Shown piece by piece: positions 59,696 to 64,000 of a stretch of 64,000 nt of DNA. The stretch lies in NCBI GenBank assembly GCA_016840165.1, contig JAEOSU010000009.1, positions 1 to 64,000 on the forward strand, given 5' to 3'. Positions within the stretch are counted from its first letter, which is position 1; every line of letters begins with the position of its first letter. Origin of the DNA: Promethearchaeota archaeon (GTDB lineage Archaea > Asgardarchaeota > Lokiarchaeia > Sigyniarchaeales > SOKP01). The notes under the pieces were generated by a model. That model searched no databases and had not been told where the DNA came from. It saw only the letters and a program-made list of their open reading frames with translations. Both the position numbers and the translations under genes were made by a program.

Positions 59696-60151
59696 TTATT
59701 CATTCCTAAAAAAATCTTTAAATGGAATAAAGAGTCCTACTATAAGCAAAGCTGCTCCTACGATAAAGGTAATCATACTACCACCAAAATAGCCTATTAA
59801 GATTTTATAACCAATAAATGTTCCCCAGACTAATGCACCCGCAATTAAAATAAAATACCAAGCCCATTTATCACCCTTGCTATAATTCATTTTCGCAATA
59901 AATAGTACAAGAACTCCGACACTGCTTAAGATAAATCCCATGACTTTCTTTTGTAATATAAAAATCTCAGCAAAGATACGTGTGGAAGGATTTGCATAAT
60001 ATTCACTATATTCTATCCCTGTGTGCCAACCAAAATCGCTGATAAACATAATTTCTGTCACAAAGATCATTAAAATGCCCATTAAAAGGATATAGCATCC
60101 CATAAAATTTATGAAAAATGTTCCGAGTTTTAATTTTTCCATTAATTTCAC
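59696..60151 (-). CDS. Four-TM membrane protein
   Basis: Four hydrophobic segments; 'Y.KG.KWAW' loop. Confidence 0.7.
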   Translation of the reverse strand: MKLMEKLKLGTFFINFMGCYILLMGILMIFVTEIMFISDFGWHTGIEYSEYYANPSTRIFAEIFILQKKVMGFILSSVGVLVLFIAKMNYSKGDKWAWYFILIAGALVWGTFIGYKILIGYFGGSMITFIVGAALLIVGLFIPFKDFFRNE

Positions 60152-60295
60152 TTGAATTTCTTAAATTAAAGTTAATTTGCAAATTTGTAAAAAAATTATA
60201 TAAAGTTTTAGATTCTTATTATAGTCTACTTAAAAAGTTTGTAGATTAGAGAAATAAGTTTAAATTTTTACTTTGAATTTTAAATCATGAATTAA

Positions 60296-61189
60296 ATGCG
60301 GAAATTCATTGAGAAAAGAAGTTTTAAATCTTCCATTATAATAGCTTTATTTATATTATCCAATTTCATCAATAGCGTTCCTAAAATGGTTGCGCCCATC
60401 CCACCTCCATTGTATTCATATCAATTAATAAGTGAAATTCTTCCTAATCGAACATTGTCTCTAAATCTATTGAACAGAAATGTCGTAATTAAGATAAATG
60501 CATCAAATTACCCAGATAACGTTCAAATTGATTTTAATGCCAATTATACTATTTTTAACGCAGAAAATGATTCCAATCTAACGCTAGGACTTCCTTTTTT
60601 TTTAAGAATTAATGTTAGTAAGTCCAATTTCAGTGTAAAATTAAATAATGTTCCTATTGATTTTGTATTAGAAAACTATACGCAAGGTGCTACTAATAGT
60701 TCTGAATTTGATTTAGATTTTTTTTCACATTTCATCAACGAGAAGCCAGTTATTGTAATTAAATGCAATATAACGATTTTAAAATATGAATCAATCAAAA
60801 TTGAGTACGATTTTAATGGTATAGTTGATTTTTGGGATGACATTTATTTTGGGTATTATTTAAATGCAAGTAAAACGTGGAATGGCAATACTACAGGAAG
60901 AGTAGAATTTAGGGTATTTGGAAAAGTTCCTTCCTTTTTTACTTCAGGAGATTATCATGGGAACAAGCAAGTTTCAGACATTATTGAAGGAATATCTTGT
61001 ATCTGGGAATGGTATAATTTAAAAGTAAACACTTTAGTTTTTGGAATTGAGTATTATAGTTATAATTTTTACCCTAATCTTACGATTTATGATATTTTTA
61101 TTATAATTATAAATATTACTGCTTATATATTAATAATATCAGCGATAATTTACTTCATAGTAAAGAGAAAATCAAGGAAAAAAACTTAA
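60296..61189 (+). CDS. Membrane-anchored extracellular (probable glyco)protein
   Basis: N-terminal hydrophobic signal, many N-x-S/T sequons, C-terminal TM plus basic tail KRKSRKK. Confidence 0.7.
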   Translation: MRKFIEKRSFKSSIIIALFILSNFINSVPKMVAPIPPPLYSYQLISEILPNRTLSLNLLNRNVVIKINASNYPDNVQIDFNANYTIFNAENDSNLTLGLPFFLRINVSKSNFSVKLNNVPIDFVLENYTQGATNSSEFDLDFFSHFINEKPVIVIKCNITILKYESIKIEYDFNGIVDFWDDIYFGYYLNASKTWNGNTTGRVEFRVFGKVPSFFTSGDYHGNKQVSDIIEGISCIWEWYNLKVNTLVFGIEYYSYNFYPNLTIYDIFIIIINITAYILIISAIIYFIVKRKSRKKT

Positions 61190-61219
61190 GGGGCACTAAT
61201 TTAACTCATTTTAGTTTTT

Positions 61220-61981
61220 CTAACCAATTAACGCAATAATGGATGTTATAACGGATTTTGCACCGATAATAATTAAAAAACAAAAGACTAGAATTTGAAA
61301 AAGTTTTACTGGAATTTTGGGAGTGAATTTCTGCCCAATTTTGGTACCTATAAAAATAATCGGAAAGGCAAAAATAAATAATAGAAGTAAATCAAACGGA
61401 AAAATATTTCCAATGAAATAGAAAGGAATTCTTGAAACCGAAAGCACCAGACCAATAGCAGCAAAATTTCCGATAAATACCTCGCGATAATGACCTGTTT
61501 TTTCCAAAAGAGCAACATTAATCGGACCCGCAGCACTAATTAATCCCGTTAATAAGCCATAAGTAAACCCTCCAAAGAAGATTAGAGGCGATGTAGTCTC
61601 AATATGCTTTCTTAATTCTATTCTATCGGTTCTTTTATAATATTGATATAATCTTAAAGAAGAGTAACCCAATATAAACAACCCAAGAATCAGTTCAATC
61701 CATTCAAATTCAATAGTAATTACCATGAAAGTGCCTAAAATTGTAGCGGGAACGGCAATTGGAATAAATCGAAAAAAGTAACCTTTATCTAAATACTTTC
61801 GATACTTAATGAAGTTTAGTAATGCGGGAAATGTGCCCCAGATATTTACAAGAACGATCGCATTTCGGACTCCAATAAATGGTGTTATTATAGGAATAAG
61901 AACGAGAGCATCACCGAAACCGATGATACCATAAACCATACTTGAAAAGAAAATTGCAATAAGCGAAAGATAAATTATCAT
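61220..61981 (-). CDS. Sulfite exporter TauE/SafE family protein
   Basis: G.IGFG.AL..IP, GGF..GLLTGL...AGP, G..IG; about 8 TM segments. Confidence 0.85.
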   Translation of the reverse strand: MIIYLSLIAIFFSSMVYGIIGFGDALVLIPIITPFIGVRNAIVLVNIWGTFPALLNFIKYRKYLDKGYFFRFIPIAVPATILGTFMVITIEFEWIELILGLFILGYSSLRLYQYYKRTDRIELRKHIETTSPLIFFGGFTYGLLTGLISAAGPINVALLEKTGHYREVFIGNFAAIGLVLSVSRIPFYFIGNIFPFDLLLLFIFAFPIIFIGTKIGQKFTPKIPVKLFQILVFCFLIIIGAKSVITSIIALIG

Positions 61982-62041
61982 CTAATAAGTACATCCCTAA
62001 TTTAAACAATAAATCGTAAATAAAAAAAAGTAGCTTGCTTT

Positions 62042-64000
62042 TTACCTTTTTCTAATCAGAATCTTACTAAGACTTGTTCTCACGATTATCAAACTGAGAA
62101 TGAAAACACTCATCAACAATAAAGGTAAGATAAATCCTGGAATTTCTTCTATCGTTTGGGGCTGTTTATTAAAATTGACCTCTGCAAATCCGACTTTTCC
62201 TGTCTTATCTATAGCGTAAAACTTTAAATTAACTAAACCATACGATAATGAATTCCAAGCATTTTGGTCTATCGTACCATTTTCAGTAAATGTGAAATTA
62301 TTCAGTCCTCCATCAAGCGTGTACCACATCGCATCCAAATATTTTTCATCAACCCAGATATTAAAACTAGGATTACTTGCAAAATTAATATTGGAGCTTG
62401 GTGAGTATATTGTGATATTTGGCGCGAGATTATCTACAATTGGTAGATAATCATATATTAACGAAGAATAATCAATAAGGTGGGGGGAGTCACCGATTCC
62501 GTCGTCATTATTATCAAAACCCGTGTAATTATCCCAATAATTGCCTATATCTGTAGTATTCCATGTGTTTGTTATCGGACTATTAATCACGTGGTTTTCT
62601 TCGTTGTCTATAAAGAAATTTAGGTAAAACTTATTGTTTACACATGACGGATCAAAGTAAACTCCTATTTGATTGCTCTTAAATACATTTTCTTTAATTC
62701 TATTATTTGTACTATACAGTGCTAATGATAAACCTTCAAGATAATTATCTTTAAACCTATTATCAGAAATTAAATTATCTGAACAGTATCCGAACATCCT
62801 TATTCCAGCTCTAAATCCATTTGAATTTATGCTATTCTTTGAAATTGTATTATTATTAAATGAACTCATGTAGATACCTTCCAATAAATTATGGTTAATT
62901 TCATTTTCTGATATGATTGAGTTATTTACATTATGGATTTCGATCCCTTCGCGATTGTTATTTATTTCATTCCTAAATATAGAAATCTTAGAGCAATTTC
63001 GTAAGTCCATACCAAAAGCATAATTGCTTGAAAGGTTATTATCGCTAATTTCAATATTATTGCACTCAATTAAAGAAATCGGGAGGGTACTATCAGAAAG
63101 ATCCTGACCTGTGATATTCGTGTTATTACAGTTTACGAGGTAAATTTGCCCTGCATTTGAAAAATCTACTTCACCTAAATCATCCCTATCTTTATAAAAG
63201 TAGAACGGACCATTGTTAACCAAATTAGAATCATCAATTTTATTAATAGAGAATATATAATAATCCGAATAAAATCCACTTGACTCCATTTTATTCCCTT
63301 TAATTGTATTATTTTCACATGGACCTTCTAGGAACATACCCACTTCTTCATTATTGATTAAATAATTATCTATAACAGTATTATTAATACAAAATGCATA
63401 GAAATAAATTCCCCAACGATTGTTGTTGATAATATTTCCTTTGAAAACATTATCTTCCAATTCTCCTGGAGGACCAGCAGCGAAACCACGACAGTAAATT
63501 CCAAAATCTTCGTTGAAATTTATGGTATTGTTAGAAACAGTGTTATTCATACAATAACATTGTGCAACAATTTCTGGAGTAGGATGGGGGATATCTATCC
63601 AACTATCTAAATAAATTCCATTCTCATTAAACGAGCAATTATTATTTACAAGCGTACCATTACACGATATACCTAAACGAATACCGTAAGTGCAATTAAA
63701 AACAGTACAGTTTTCAATTCTGAAAAAAACATTTTTTGAATTCCCAATTGAAATGCCTGTTCCTGTACCATTCCCATCAATAATAAAATCTTGGATAATA
63801 TAGGGATCTGAGAATGTTCCTGATCCTGAACAAATACCAGAATCTACAGCTTCAGTCCAATTACTTATACTAATCCTTTCAGAATTTGCAGCAATTTTTA
63901 GATACTTCAGTTCTGAAACTGGCTTATTCCCAATACGCATACCAAGGTTAGTATCTATAAACAAATCATAACTCATCGGAAATGAAAATAAAATCAATAG
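62042..64000 (-). CDS. Cell-surface right-handed parallel beta-helix (NosD/PbH1) protein with C-terminal IPGF-TM-basic sorting tail; may start beyond the window
   Basis: GSGT..DPYII, repeated N..I..N.I.NN..GI, GNYWDNY.G.D.N.DGIGD.P, WYTLDGG Ig-like domain, IPGF + TM + RKR. The frame is still open at the window edge. Confidence 0.88.
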   Translation of the reverse strand, partial: LLILFSFPMSYDLFIDTNLGMRIGNKPVSELKYLKIAANSERISISNWTEAVDSGICSGSGTFSDPYIIQDFIIDGNGTGTGISIGNSKNVFFRIENCTVFNCTYGIRLGISCNGTLVNNNCSFNENGIYLDSWIDIPHPTPEIVAQCYCMNNTVSNNTINFNEDFGIYCRGFAAGPPGELEDNVFKGNIINNNRWGIYFYAFCINNTVIDNYLINNEEVGMFLEGPCENNTIKGNKMESSGFYSDYYIFSINKIDDSNLVNNGPFYFYKDRDDLGEVDFSNAGQIYLVNCNNTNITGQDLSDSTLPISLIECNNIEISDNNLSSNYAFGMDLRNCSKISIFRNEINNNREGIEIHNVNNSIISENEINHNLLEGIYMSSFNNNTISKNSINSNGFRAGIRMFGYCSDNLISDNRFKDNYLEGLSLALYSTNNRIKENVFKSNQIGVYFDPSCVNNKFYLNFFIDNEENHVINSPITNTWNTTDIGNYWDNYTGFDNNDDGIGDSPHLIDYSSLIYDYLPIVDNLAPNITIYSPSSNINFASNPSFNIWVDEKYLDAMWYTLDGGLNNFTFTENGTIDQNAWNSLSYGLVNLKFYAIDKTGKVGFAEVNFNKQPQTIEEIPGFILPLLLMSVFILSLIIVRTSLSKILIRKR

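Noticed and set aside
287-61536. Short ORF-track entries overlapping longer genes (e.g. 287-481, 505-885, 747-1031, 7395-7703, 10900-11136, 21547-21795, 33738-33965, 35977-36237, 48462-48764, 56456-56767, 57665-57964)
   Set aside because: These are antisense or alternate-frame shadows of well-supported CDSs, or AT-rich intergenic ORFs, with no motifs or SD support.
1-64000. CRISPR arrays, tRNA/rRNA genes, transposases or integrases
   Set aside because: No regularly spaced direct repeats, cloverleaf-compatible GC-rich segments or transposase/integrase motifs were seen by eye. tRNAscan/Infernal would be needed to exclude short RNAs.

Overview
This is AT-rich (roughly 30% GC by eye), densely coding archaeal DNA, most likely from an Asgard archaeon (Lokiarchaeia/Promethearchaeia-like). 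That placement is inferred from several Rab/Arf-like small GTPases, longin-like domains, an ESCRT-II (EAP30/Vps22)-like protein and a C-terminal IPGF-TM-basic sorting tail. There are about 55 CDSs. No rRNA, tRNA, CRISPR array or transposase was recognised. Metabolic content includes an FGGY kinase, class III aminotransferase, sulfatase, Sir2, an HdrD-like protein, an MttB/corrinoid/homocysteine methyltransferase trio, tryptophanase, acyl-CoA dehydrogenase and FeoAB. Two observations stand out. (1) A small Zn-ribbon gene missing from the ORF track (15873-16098, minus strand) is interrupted by a 31-nt hairpin with bulge-helix-bulge geometry. Cutting it at the canonical EndA positions restores the reading frame and the second CxxC, making it a candidate tRNA-type intron in an Asgard mRNA. 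(2) An operon at 28653-34949 joins three PlsC-like acyltransferase domains to a split activase/reductase set resembling the bacterial plasmalogen/ether-lipid synthase PlsA/PlsR (Ger), suggesting bacterial-type acyl/alkyl lipid synthesis in an archaeon. Other points are a membrane-anchored tandem ESCRT-II-like protein, a large alpha-solenoid-TIR protein, longin fusions, non-AUG starts and a strand-specific triple-hairpin intergenic element. All family calls come from motif recognition by eye; no searches were run.
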